A stretch of 64,000 nt of DNA from a virus: positions 1 through 64,000 of the IMG/VR virus record IMGVR_UViG_3300028177_000003, one strand, 5' to 3'. The translations under genes were made by a program, and so were the position numbers. Shown in pieces: positions 29,240 through 37,126 of the stretch (positions are counted from its first letter, which is position 1; every line of letters starts with the position of its first letter). Under the pieces are notes generated by a model. The model had not been told where the DNA came from and made no database searches. It worked only from the letters and a program-made list of their open reading frames with translations.

Positions 29240-29482
29240 CTACGACCTCTTGAAGATCGCCCCCAGGCTCCTCGGAGTCCTCATCGGCTTCGGAGTGACC
29301 GGACCCATGACGAGCATTTCGTTCATCGGCTCGCGGCGTCCGGTGATAGTCCCGGCGACCCGCACCTCGTAGCGAGGGTTCGTTTTCTTGTCCGTGTGGG
29401 CGCAGGTCCCAGCCTCCTCATTGCAGGTGGGGCAACGGAACGCCTCAGGGGGCAGCTTGGTCCGATTGATGAATTGACTCAT
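29240..29482 (-). CDS. Hypothetical protein with CxxC motif
   Basis: 80 aa; RCPTCNE...C. Confidence 0.5.
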   Translation of the reverse strand: MSQFINRTKLPPEAFRCPTCNEEAGTCAHTDKKTNPRYEVRVAGTITGRREPMNEMLVMGPVTPKPMRTPRSLGAIFKRS

Positions 29483-29483
29483 T

Positions 29484-30002
29484 CTACAGGGCCTCGATCT
29501 CGGCCTCGGTGATCTCGCCTCGCGCTGCCTTCAACAGGAGGGCGCGCACCTCCTTTCGGGCCTGCTTGGTGGTGATCATATCGACCCAGCCGTCGCGGGA
29601 CTGGAGCACGTGAGTGAACCCCACCAGGATGCCGCTCACCACGGAGTACAGGGTCCCGTTCGGGTCCCTGGTCCGGGATGCAGGGTCATCCAGAGGTTCC
29701 AGGCTTTCGATACGACGAGGCTGTTGCCGTGTTCGAACGACGACCTCGCCGCAGTCCTGCGCTACTCCAGCGACCTTTTCGGCGGAGAGGAGCGCCGCGT
29801 TCAGATCCTCTCCAGTGGTGCCGATCTTAGCGTCGAACCCGGCATCCAGAAGAGCCTTGGCGACCAGAACCGCCACAGTGGTCTTACCCCCGCCCGCTTC
29901 CCCTTCTACAGTCACTCGCACAGAGCACCTCCGGGTTCTGTTACCCTTTAGTGAAACTCCTGGCCCTCGTGCGGGGGCGGCTCGTCGGGCCGCTGTGAAC
30001 AA
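29484..30002 (-). CDS. Small P-loop-containing protein (true start probably near VRVTVEG)
   Basis: GEAGGGKTT Walker A after a beta strand, thymidylate-kinase-like N-terminus; no other kinase motifs evident. Confidence 0.5.
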   Translation of the reverse strand: MFTAARRAAPARGPGVSLKGNRTRRCSVRVTVEGEAGGGKTTVAVLVAKALLDAGFDAKIGTTGEDLNAALLSAEKVAGVAQDCGEVVVRTRQQPRRIESLEPLDDPASRTRDPNGTLYSVVSGILVGFTHVLQSRDGWVDMITTKQARKEVRALLLKAARGEITEAEIEAL

Positions 30003-30099
30003 CCCGACGAGCCTAAAGTAACCACCCTCTCGTGACTGAGGAGGAACCTATGCACCCCTATACCCGCCGCACAATCCGCGAAGCCGGAAATCCGCTGTC

Positions 30100-30345
30100 C
30101 TACTCGGTGAGCGTACCTCGGAAGATCTTCCGGAAGAGCGTCTTCTCCTTCTGGTTGAATTCCCAGTCGTTGGCATAGTACACCGCTTCAACCGCCACCA
30201 GGTAGAAGTCCATCGTCCCCCAGTGGGTTCGCAGAGTGGTGTACGTCTGCTCGTCGGCGCGACCCGCTCGGACATCGTAGACTGCCAGCCCGATGTGGCT
30301 GGGGCATTCGGTAGACGGGGCGGGAACAAAACCGGGACGGGACAT
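30100..30345 (-). CDS. Hypothetical protein
   Basis: 81-aa ORF with RBS GAGG. Confidence 0.5.
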   Translation of the reverse strand: MSRPGFVPAPSTECPSHIGLAVYDVRAGRADEQTYTTLRTHWGTMDFYLVAVEAVYYANDWEFNQKEKTLFRKIFRGTLTE

Positions 30346-30386
30346 AGAGACCTCTGGTGAAGGCTACCGTACCCGACAAGCTGACC

Positions 30387-30875
30387 CTACCTCATCATCC
30401 GCACCACGCCGTTCCCGGGAGGGTGCATCTCAGTCCAGGCAGCGAATGCTTCGGCGTCCTCCCCTTCCAGGGCGATACCGAAGTACACCGTGCAGTCCTC
30501 GTTGTCCCGGGTGGTCTCTACGACCCGACCGTCGGCCTGGGCCCAGGTGTGCTGGAACCAGCCCTGCCGCCACGGGTGGTATGCGTAGCCGATCACAATC
30601 GCTGACACACTGCCCTCTCTGAAGAGACGCGAGACATTCCAGTGGCACGCGCCGTCATTCCCCCAGAGGAACCTCAGACCGTCCGTGTGGAAGCACCGAC
30701 CCGTCTCCAGGATCTCCCCCAGGTCTGGGTCGTTGTCGAACTGACCCCAGGGGTCGGTGACCCCCATCCCCGACTCAAGGTCCAGCAGACGGACCTTGAG
30801 GGTCCCCACCTGCGCGGGGCTGGGTCGGGACATCTTTCCCCGCCAGTTGCTCCCCTCTCTATCTGCGGATGCCAT
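30387..30875 (-). CDS. Hypothetical protein, putative Cys-His (transglutaminase/papain-like) fold
   Basis: ACHWN...IGYA...QHTW...ETT...YFG pattern; start MASADREG after the promoter motif and RBS GGAGG. Confidence 0.5.
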   Translation of the reverse strand: MASADREGSNWRGKMSRPSPAQVGTLKVRLLDLESGMGVTDPWGQFDNDPDLGEILETGRCFHTDGLRFLWGNDGACHWNVSRLFREGSVSAIVIGYAYHPWRQGWFQHTWAQADGRVVETTRDNEDCTVYFGIALEGEDAEAFAAWTEMHPPGNGVVRMMR

Positions 30876-30891
30876 TCTGCCTCCCACTGAG

Positions 30892-30919
30892 TTACGTCGG
30901 GGGAGGCGCCAGGGAAACC
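30892..30919 (-). promoter_or_regulatory. Phage bipartite promoter motif
   Basis: GGTTTCCC-N13-GACGTAA, 16 nt before ATG 30875. Confidence 0.7.
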
Positions 30920-30993
30920 TTAGAACACCTCAGGGTCCAGGGACGCGGTAGCACTCTTCCGGCCCAGTCTTCGCCGAACTGCATAGACCCGTC

Positions 30994-31491
30994 TCAGGCC
31001 TCTGGGACACCTCCGGTCTCCCGGTTTGCGGTGAAATCCAGGCTCTCCATCCTCTGGATTCGAGACTCGACCACACTGGAGATGCTGGTGAAGCCGTAGA
31101 TGGCGATGAGGTTCTCTGCAGAGCCCAGGATGCTCGAGAGCGCTTCGGGCAGCGTGCCTCGGGACTCGGACCGAATCCCCTCGTGGGACTTGCCCACGCA
31201 GCGAGAGAGGCATCCAGCAGCCACGAACAGAGCACCCAGCGTCCGCTGGGACATGTCGGGGGCGGACTGGACCTTGATCCCTTCGGCCTCGGCGAACCCG
31301 CAGACCGCCAGGATGACGTCAGCCAACTCCTCGGCCATCTCGACTCGGTTGCCCTCGATAACGGCGAGTTGGACCTCGCTGCACTCCTCGACGACCTGGT
31401 GGGCGTTGCGCATGGGGGTCTGGCGGCCGAAGTTCTTCTGGCGCCAGGCGTGCACCCGCTTGCCGATCGCGTCGTAGTTCATCTCAGTCAT
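30994..31491 (-). CDS. MazG-like NTP pyrophosphohydrolase
   Basis: VVEECSEV...MAEELADVIL MazG helix motifs; start MTEMNY at 31491 with RBS GGAGG. Confidence 0.75.
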   Translation of the reverse strand: MTEMNYDAIGKRVHAWRQKNFGRQTPMRNAHQVVEECSEVQLAVIEGNRVEMAEELADVILAVCGFAEAEGIKVQSAPDMSQRTLGALFVAAGCLSRCVGKSHEGIRSESRGTLPEALSSILGSAENLIAIYGFTSISSVVESRIQRMESLDFTANRETGGVPEA

Positions 31492-31745
31492 CCTCCGGGC
31501 CTGAGATGATACCCCCGACCCCTGTCGTGACCGACTCGCCCTTCTCGGGGCAACCCTCCTTCTGGCACCTCCCCCTCCTTGTCGTGCATCCCATAGGCGA
31601 TGAAGACTCCTTCGGGGTGGGGCTCGCCGAGGGTCGGTGATGCGCAGATGACTACAAACTCTGGAAGGAGCTTCTTCCCAGGGTAGGACCCCAGCCACAT
31701 TCCGGGCCAGATCTGATGTGCGTCCAGATTACTCGGGTGCTTCAC
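31488..31745 (-). pseudogene. Possible truncated dual-specificity phosphatase-like fragment
   Basis: QIWPGMWLGS resembles the DSP N-terminus, but the ORF ends at 85 aa with no HCx5R motif in any frame. Confidence 0.3.
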
Positions 31746-32529
31746 TGAAGTCTCCTGACTTGACTGCCTTGAGGAACCGGTTCTGGCGTCGCTCCCGTTC
31801 CAGGACCTTCTCCATACGCTCGATTCGGGAATCGGAGTCTGCGATAATCTCGTTGAGCGTCTCGGTCGGAGGGAGCTTCAGGGGCGGCGGGGGAGGCTTG
31901 GCAACCGGCTCAGGCAGGGGAGCACCGTGCAGCCACAGGTCCCAGGCTTCCTTGCTCGACAGGTAGTGCCAGGTTCGGCAGCGAGACCCGGGAATCCGAA
32001 TCTTGTCTCCCACGGACTCACCTCGGTAAACCCGTGGGAGCTTCTCCAGCATCAACCCGGAGAGGGTGGTGGAGACCTGGTTGTGGGCTTCGCCCAGGGC
32101 TTCGGCCAGCCAGCGGGCGTCCCGAGGCTCAGTGAGGGCGGCGATCTTCGCCGCTACTCGGTTCCGAAGGTCGGCGGGGGTCGTCCGAGTCGGAGCAGCG
32201 AACATTGCCTCCACGGGGGAGGACTTCCTCTGGAAGGGGTCGTTCTCGGCGATGGCCACTACCCAGCGTCCGCCTCGGTGGTTCTGAGGGAGGTCGGCGG
32301 GAAAGTTCGGTGGCGGGTCCACTTCCCGATACCAGGCGGGGGTCTGGGTAGTCCCCTTCCCGATTGCGGAGTTTACAGATTCCCGGTTGATGCCTGTTCT
32401 CAATGCGGCCAGGCGCACATTGACAGGCCCGTTCTCCTTGATCCACTTCCAGAGCTTGGCTCTCTGTGAGTTGGGGTCTGGGTTCGAAGGAGCCTGTCGT
32501 CCAGGGCCTGTACGGATTCTGCTGGTCAT
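31729..32529 (-). CDS. Putative DNA-binding protein with two HTH-like segments
   Basis: LWKWIKENGPVNVRLAALRTGINRESVNSAI and ARWLAEALGEAHNQVSTTLSGL; start MTSRIR with RBS AGGAGG. Confidence 0.5.
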   Translation of the reverse strand: MTSRIRTGPGRQAPSNPDPNSQRAKLWKWIKENGPVNVRLAALRTGINRESVNSAIGKGTTQTPAWYREVDPPPNFPADLPQNHRGGRWVVAIAENDPFQRKSSPVEAMFAAPTRTTPADLRNRVAAKIAALTEPRDARWLAEALGEAHNQVSTTLSGLMLEKLPRVYRGESVGDKIRIPGSRCRTWHYLSSKEAWDLWLHGAPLPEPVAKPPPPPLKLPPTETLNEIIADSDSRIERMEKVLERERRQNRFLKAVKSGDFSEAPE

Positions 32530-32579
32530 GCGGAGACCTCCTGGCGAGGGCTTACCTATCTCATACTCACCTCGGCCCT

Positions 32580-33152
32580 CTACCGAAGCCGCTGCCCTCG
32601 GCGGAGCCACACGTCCAGCATCACCTCTTGGTAAGAGATGCCCTTTTCCGGCATGTCTTCAATGCCGGTGCGGGACCCCTCGCGAGTGCCGGCGATATTG
32701 CGGACCCACTGGGTATCTGTAGATGCCTCGCAGCCCACCAGCAACCATGCCTTCCCGTGGTTCCAGGGCTGTTCCCACAGAGGGGTCCCGGACCAGCAGT
32801 GAAAGCAGCCTCCCCACAAGGTGCCCTTGCCCTCGCAGAAGAGGCAGGTCGGGTTCGCCTTGTTGGTGACCTTCCCGACCGAAAACTTCACCCCACCGTT
32901 GTGCTCGGGTGCTCGGTAGCGTCCGGCTACCTTGACAAAGAGAGGCTGACCTACAGGCTCATAGTCCGCGAAGGTCTGCAGCTCTCGGTGCTTGGACCCC
33001 CGGCAGATCACCAGAATGTCTGTGCCTTCTACCGTCTCCCGACCCACAGTGATCCGAGACCCCAGGCCCGACTGCCGGGAGTACACTGGGTCCGCTGCCC
33101 TGGAGAAGGGCAGGTCGGGCCAGTATCGAAATCCGGTCGGAGGGAGTAGCAT
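32580..33152 (-). CDS. Hypothetical protein with Zn-finger-like CxxC pairs
   Basis: CLFCEGKG...CFHC. Confidence 0.5.
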   Translation of the reverse strand: MLLPPTGFRYWPDLPFSRAADPVYSRQSGLGSRITVGRETVEGTDILVICRGSKHRELQTFADYEPVGQPLFVKVAGRYRAPEHNGGVKFSVGKVTNKANPTCLFCEGKGTLWGGCFHCWSGTPLWEQPWNHGKAWLLVGCEASTDTQWVRNIAGTREGSRTGIEDMPEKGISYQEVMLDVWLRRGQRLR

Positions 33153-33223
33153 ACAACCTTCTACCCGTAGTGCTCAGGCGGTGGTTTCACTATCGTTGCA
33201 CACACGCGTGGGAAGCGGTCCAG

Positions 33224-33646
33224 CTAATCGGACACTTTCCGGGCGTCGTTCGCTTGCTTGACCCTCGGGTCCTCAGGACCCAGCCCTCGGCACCACTTTG
33301 AGTCGGAAGGAGCCCAGGCTACACGGGCGGTGCTGCGCTTCCCCTTCTTGAGGGCGCGCTCAGCCTTTAGACACTCGCTCTGATTCGCATACGGGCCGAA
33401 GACGGCGCGCATCAGCCACGGGCGATGCGTCGAGGTGTAGCGTCCCCCACCCTTGATCTCCCCATTGTGCTGTCTCAGGCGGCGGAGAGGGTCCGTGGTC
33501 GCACCGACGTAGTGGAACCCCGGTAGGGGGTTCCCCCGCTTCCCGGTTCGGACTTCGAGGCTCTGGATGACGTAGACCCACCACTCATTCTTGGTCGGGC
33601 TCTCAGTCGTCAACGAGCACTCCCGATACTCGTGCTGAGATGTCAA
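33224..33646 (-). CDS. GIY-YIG nuclease (SLX1/UPF0213-like)
   Basis: WVYVIQS...HYVGATTDPLRRLRQHNGEIKGGGRYT..RPW...AERALK. Confidence 0.85.
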   Translation of the reverse strand: MTSQHEYRECSLTTESPTKNEWWVYVIQSLEVRTGKRGNPLPGFHYVGATTDPLRRLRQHNGEIKGGGRYTSTHRPWLMRAVFGPYANQSECLKAERALKKGKRSTARVAWAPSDSKWCRGLGPEDPRVKQANDARKVSD

Positions 33647-33986
33647 AGCTCGTAGAGGATGACCACACGCTCGCCTTGACTATAGCCAGCGCCGGGATCT
33701 TGACGGGAGGACTGAAGGCGATGGGCAACGCACTGGACATCAACACCATCGAGTCGACGAAGTTGTAGGCCCCGGCGAAGAGTGTTCCCCCGACCGTCTC
33801 TACCTCGTAGATCCCGTTTTCGGAGGCTGGTGTCTGGGCCTTGACCAAGACGCGGTTGCCCGCTGCCAGGCTGATGCCGTCTACTGTGGAGGGGGCTCCG
33901 CCTGCAAGCGTGGCAACGTCTGCCAGGGTGGCAACCCGACACGGGTTCTTGTAGGCAAGACTGAGCTGCTCCCCACTGACGGGCAT
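33603..33986 (-). CDS. Short virion fibre/decoration-domain protein (possibly chimeric)
   Basis: KNPCRVAT...TVDGISL..GNRVLVKAQT..SENGIY is a familiar phage fibre/decoration domain, abruptly followed by an unrelated-looking C-terminus. Confidence 0.55.
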   Translation of the reverse strand: MPVSGEQLSLAYKNPCRVATLADVATLAGGAPSTVDGISLAAGNRVLVKAQTPASENGIYEVETVGGTLFAGAYNFVDSMVLMSSALPIAFSPPVKIPALAIVKASVWSSSTSFDISARVSGVLVDD

Positions 33987-34030
33987 CTGAACTCCAAAAC
34001 CTGCGAGGAGTGTTCAGCTGTATAGGGTGT

Positions 34031-34942
34031 TCAGCTGCCCTCGGTGTCTGCCCAGTCGGCGGCCACCCTTCGGATTACCCTCGCGATGCTTGACACTGCG
34101 GAAACAGAACACCCAGCCAAGGCTGCCGTCTCCTTGAAGTTGTGTCCCTCGGAGATGTATCCCACACAGGCCTCCACATCCGTCGGGTTGTGGCCCTCAG
34201 ACTGGGCCTCCCGGATAATGCGGGGGATCAGAGTCCTCTGGGCCGCTCTGAGCTCTGCTGCTCCTTCTTGCCGAGGCTCGCAGGTCACCAGGTCCGCTTC
34301 GGCTACGTCCAGGATTTCCCCGTCGTGAGTGCGTACACCGAAGCTCTCGTTCCGAGAGAGTCTGGAGTAGCGGCGACGGTAGTTGGAGAGGATGCAGCCC
34401 GCGACCATGTGGATGTAGTGTCCGAAGGAACTCTTGCGGGGGTCGAAGGGACACTTCCCACTGTTGCGGATCAGGAGCCCCTTGCAAAGCTCCTGGAACA
34501 CGTCCTCGGGATCGTACCCCATTCGAAAGACCCGAGCGCAGAAGCCTGCGAAGAAGATCTTCCGAACCTCCATGTACCTCCGATCGAGATCAATGCCCAG
34601 GGGCACATGGACAGTGAGAACGTCTGGGATCACCGGGGGTGCAGCCCGCTTGGTGATGGTCACTTGATTCTTCGGGTCGGACCGGAAGAGGGTCAGTGTG
34701 TCCAGAGCTGGGTATTGCACCCGACGATAGCGTCCCTGGCGGAAGTACCGGTCGAACGTGAGATGGGGGTCGTAAGCAGTAGGCAGTGCGTCTGGGTCCC
34801 TATTCACCAGAGCGATGATCGCCCGCTTCGCATTGGGGTACTTCCGAGTCCCCTGCGGCCAGTCTACCAGAACCCCCGCAGGGACCCTGGTGACACGGTG
34901 GCCGCCGTGTTCTGTTCGCGCGAAAAGGGTTGCCTGCTGCAT
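34031..34942 (-). CDS. Phage RNA polymerase sigma factor (ECF-like) with N-terminal extension
   Basis: Region 2-like DPEDVFQE...FDPRKSSFGHYIHMVAGCILSNYRRR; region 4-like EGHNFKETAALAGCSVSAVSS. Confidence 0.75.
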   Translation of the reverse strand: MQQATLFARTEHGGHRVTRVPAGVLVDWPQGTRKYPNAKRAIIALVNRDPDALPTAYDPHLTFDRYFRQGRYRRVQYPALDTLTLFRSDPKNQVTITKRAAPPVIPDVLTVHVPLGIDLDRRYMEVRKIFFAGFCARVFRMGYDPEDVFQELCKGLLIRNSGKCPFDPRKSSFGHYIHMVAGCILSNYRRRYSRLSRNESFGVRTHDGEILDVAEADLVTCEPRQEGAAELRAAQRTLIPRIIREAQSEGHNPTDVEACVGYISEGHNFKETAALAGCSVSAVSSIARVIRRVAADWADTEGS

Positions 34943-34959
34943 CCTAAAGACCCCTTGAT

Positions 34960-34988
34960 TTGGTACTTGAGGGAAAAGTAACTTGCAA
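34960..34988 (-). promoter_or_regulatory. Host sigma70-like promoter for the sigma gene
   Basis: TTGCAA-17 nt-TACCAA in an AT-rich gap, 17 nt upstream of ATG 34942. Confidence 0.5.
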
Positions 34989-35007
34989 GAGGGCGTGCGC
35001 GCCCTCT
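34988..35007. terminator. Hairpin downstream of the SLOG gene
   Basis: AGAGGGCG-TGCG-CGCCCTCT perfect 8-bp stem. Confidence 0.5.
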
Positions 35008-35017
35008 AAACTTGGTT

Positions 35018-35509
35018 TTACCGCGTAGGTTGGAGCTCAAGGTAGCGATTTCGTACCTCGGAGTCGGAAAGACCCACGCCGAAGATGTCCTTGCTCTCGA
35101 GTTTTTGGGCCCGCCGTGCAATGTTCATTGTCATGTAGGTGCCAGACCGCTCCTGGCCTGTCCAGAAAGACGCCATGGTGTCGGAAAGTTCAACCATGCG
35201 TGTATTGCGGGCACGGTAGCTGGACCCAGCGGGCATGCGCTGCACCTCATGTGCTGTATCGGCGACGCTGGGGTCCGTAGCCTTCAGGTTTCCCGGAAAC
35301 ACCACCGTGCGGCGTACTTCCGGGAAATGATCCGCGAACCAGTGGTGCACATACGCATCCACGCCGACGCAAGCGCCCGTGACTATGCCTGTAGGCTTGT
35401 GTCGCTCTACCAGGGTCGCCAGATCTCCGTCGATGCGGTCGCGGCTGGTCGCCGGCAAAGCTCGACTGGTTCCGGTGAACCCCAGTACTGCCACTGCACT
35501 CTCCGTCAT
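35018..35509 (-). CDS. SLOG/DprA-like (YspA-type) protein
   Basis: LGFTGTSR, IVTGACVGVD, YRARNTRMVELSD and FWTGQERSGTYMTMNIA motifs. Confidence 0.75.
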   Translation of the reverse strand: MTESAVAVLGFTGTSRALPATSRDRIDGDLATLVERHKPTGIVTGACVGVDAYVHHWFADHFPEVRRTVVFPGNLKATDPSVADTAHEVQRMPAGSSYRARNTRMVELSDTMASFWTGQERSGTYMTMNIARRAQKLESKDIFGVGLSDSEVRNRYLELQPTR

Positions 35510-35573
35510 GGCTTACGTCTGGAGAATGCTCCCCGAACCCCCTTGGACCAAACTTTTCTGCGAGCCCCGGTTC

Positions 35574-35846
35574 TCAGCCTTGAGAATGGGGGGCGTCGGC
35601 GCGGATCTTCTCGGCCAGGTCGGCGAATCCTGCGGCCTCCCAGTGCTCCGCGCAGTAGCAGCCCAGGGTAGCCCCGAGCTTCATCTGGACACCGGCCAGT
35701 CCTACCGGACGAGCGATGAGACGTTCGACCCCAGGCTGGGTGCACCGGGCATCTGGGTCGCGGGGATCTCTCCCGGCGTGACACTGGTGGACACCTTCCC
35801 CGGTGTAGCCGCAGCGGCAGGGAGAATGAGGGGAGCAAAGGCTCAC
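35574..35846 (-). CDS. Hypothetical Cys/His-rich protein
   Basis: 90 aa; GTGA overlap with the upstream gene. Confidence 0.45.
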   Translation of the reverse strand: MSLCSPHSPCRCGYTGEGVHQCHAGRDPRDPDARCTQPGVERLIARPVGLAGVQMKLGATLGCYCAEHWEAAGFADLAEKIRADAPHSQG

Positions 35847-36412
35847 AGTGAAACCCCCGGAATGGTGAAGTCGCCGGAGAGACCGCTCAGGCCGGTCTGG
35901 TCCTTCGTGAAACGGTATCCGAAGCCCTCACGCTCTCGAGTGAGTCTGATCACCCGATCGGCCAAGTAGTCAAAGACACGTTGACCCCTACCCAGGGCGA
36001 CGATAGAAACGGAGGACATCGAGGCCCGAAGAGTGTTCAGGGTTCTCTCCCAGTCAGCACCAATGTGCTCTTCATGGGTGGTGCAGCGATGTATGTCGTC
36101 CAGAATCAGCAGCCCGAAGGGGTGTCGGTTCAAGAAGGAGAGCGCAACATCTCGGATCTGGTGTAACTGTGCTGACTGCACCAGAGCGAAGTTGCCGCCC
36201 GGTTTGATGCCCATGTGCCCCATTAGGTATGCAGAGGCCACCCTTTCGGGGTCCACGTAGCACACTGGGAGGCCCGCCGACAAGGCGAGGCTGGCTGCCC
36301 GCAGGGCGAAGGAGGTCTTGCCCGAACCAGGGCTGCCCGTCACGTGTGTCAGGTGGCCGAACTGCAGGGTGCTTTGAACAAGTTCTTCCAGGGTGAGGGG
36401 AGGGATTGTCAC
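35843..36412 (-). CDS. Short RecA/RadB-like P-loop ATPase
   Basis: GSPGSGKTS, CYVDPE and LLILDDI; 189-aa core domain only. Confidence 0.7.
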   Translation of the reverse strand: MTIPPLTLEELVQSTLQFGHLTHVTGSPGSGKTSFALRAASLALSAGLPVCYVDPERVASAYLMGHMGIKPGGNFALVQSAQLHQIRDVALSFLNRHPFGLLILDDIHRCTTHEEHIGADWERTLNTLRASMSSVSIVALGRGQRVFDYLADRVIRLTREREGFGYRFTKDQTGLSGLSGDFTIPGVSL

Positions 36413-36987
36413 GCACTCTCCCAGCGGGACCGCTCGAGCATCTTGCGGTTGTCGGTCCAGTCATCCAGGTATGAGTAGCACCACCCGTGCTCGCCCATCC
36501 GGTCAAGGGCATCTACAGCCTCGGGAATCTCCACGCCCATGTAGGCGACGCTGTCTGCCATCTGGCCGAAGGCAGCACAGTCAGCCCATTGCTGGGGAAC
36601 CTTGCGGTCAGCCAGCGGTCCGTCCTCCTTCATGAGACGCCAGGTCAAGTCGACCACCTTCCCAGAGGGGGTCACGACCCAGGCATGGTGCACGGGAATG
36701 ATGCGAGTTGCGAAACCCTCGAAGTAGCGAAGCTCGCCCCCGGAGATGGCCGCCAGTCGCTGGGCGTTGTAGAAGCACTCCTTCATCTCGAACTGGAGGC
36801 CCGACCCGACCCGGTCGACCGTTTCACATTCCGCTTCGGAAAGAGACTCACCCGGCGCGGGGAACAGGGTCCCGTGCTCAAGCACCAGCTCATGCATGTT
36901 GAGCATGTCCGGGTGGCTTCCCATCCCGCTGATCATCCCCGAGACCTGCTCCAGGTAGCTCTTCAGGCCAGCTGCGGCGTCGCTCAT
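36409..36987 (-). CDS. Hypothetical protein, putative Cys-His-Asp (transglutaminase/papain-like) fold
   Basis: ECFYNA...YFEGFA...HHAW...VVDLT...YMG; start MSDAAAG with RBS GGAGG. Confidence 0.55.
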   Translation of the reverse strand: MSDAAAGLKSYLEQVSGMISGMGSHPDMLNMHELVLEHGTLFPAPGESLSEAECETVDRVGSGLQFEMKECFYNAQRLAAISGGELRYFEGFATRIIPVHHAWVVTPSGKVVDLTWRLMKEDGPLADRKVPQQWADCAAFGQMADSVAYMGVEIPEAVDALDRMGEHGWCYSYLDDWTDNRKMLERSRWESA

Positions 36988-37126
36988 GATGTGGGTCCTC
37001 CCTTTGGTTACGTCTTGTTCAGGCGGAAGAGCTTCGAGAACTTGTGGTTCCGGCGCTCCTCGTGGAGGGGGAACGTCCAGTCCTCGAGGAGGCAAAGCGG
37101 GTGACCCAGGGCAGGGATGAGTAGTC

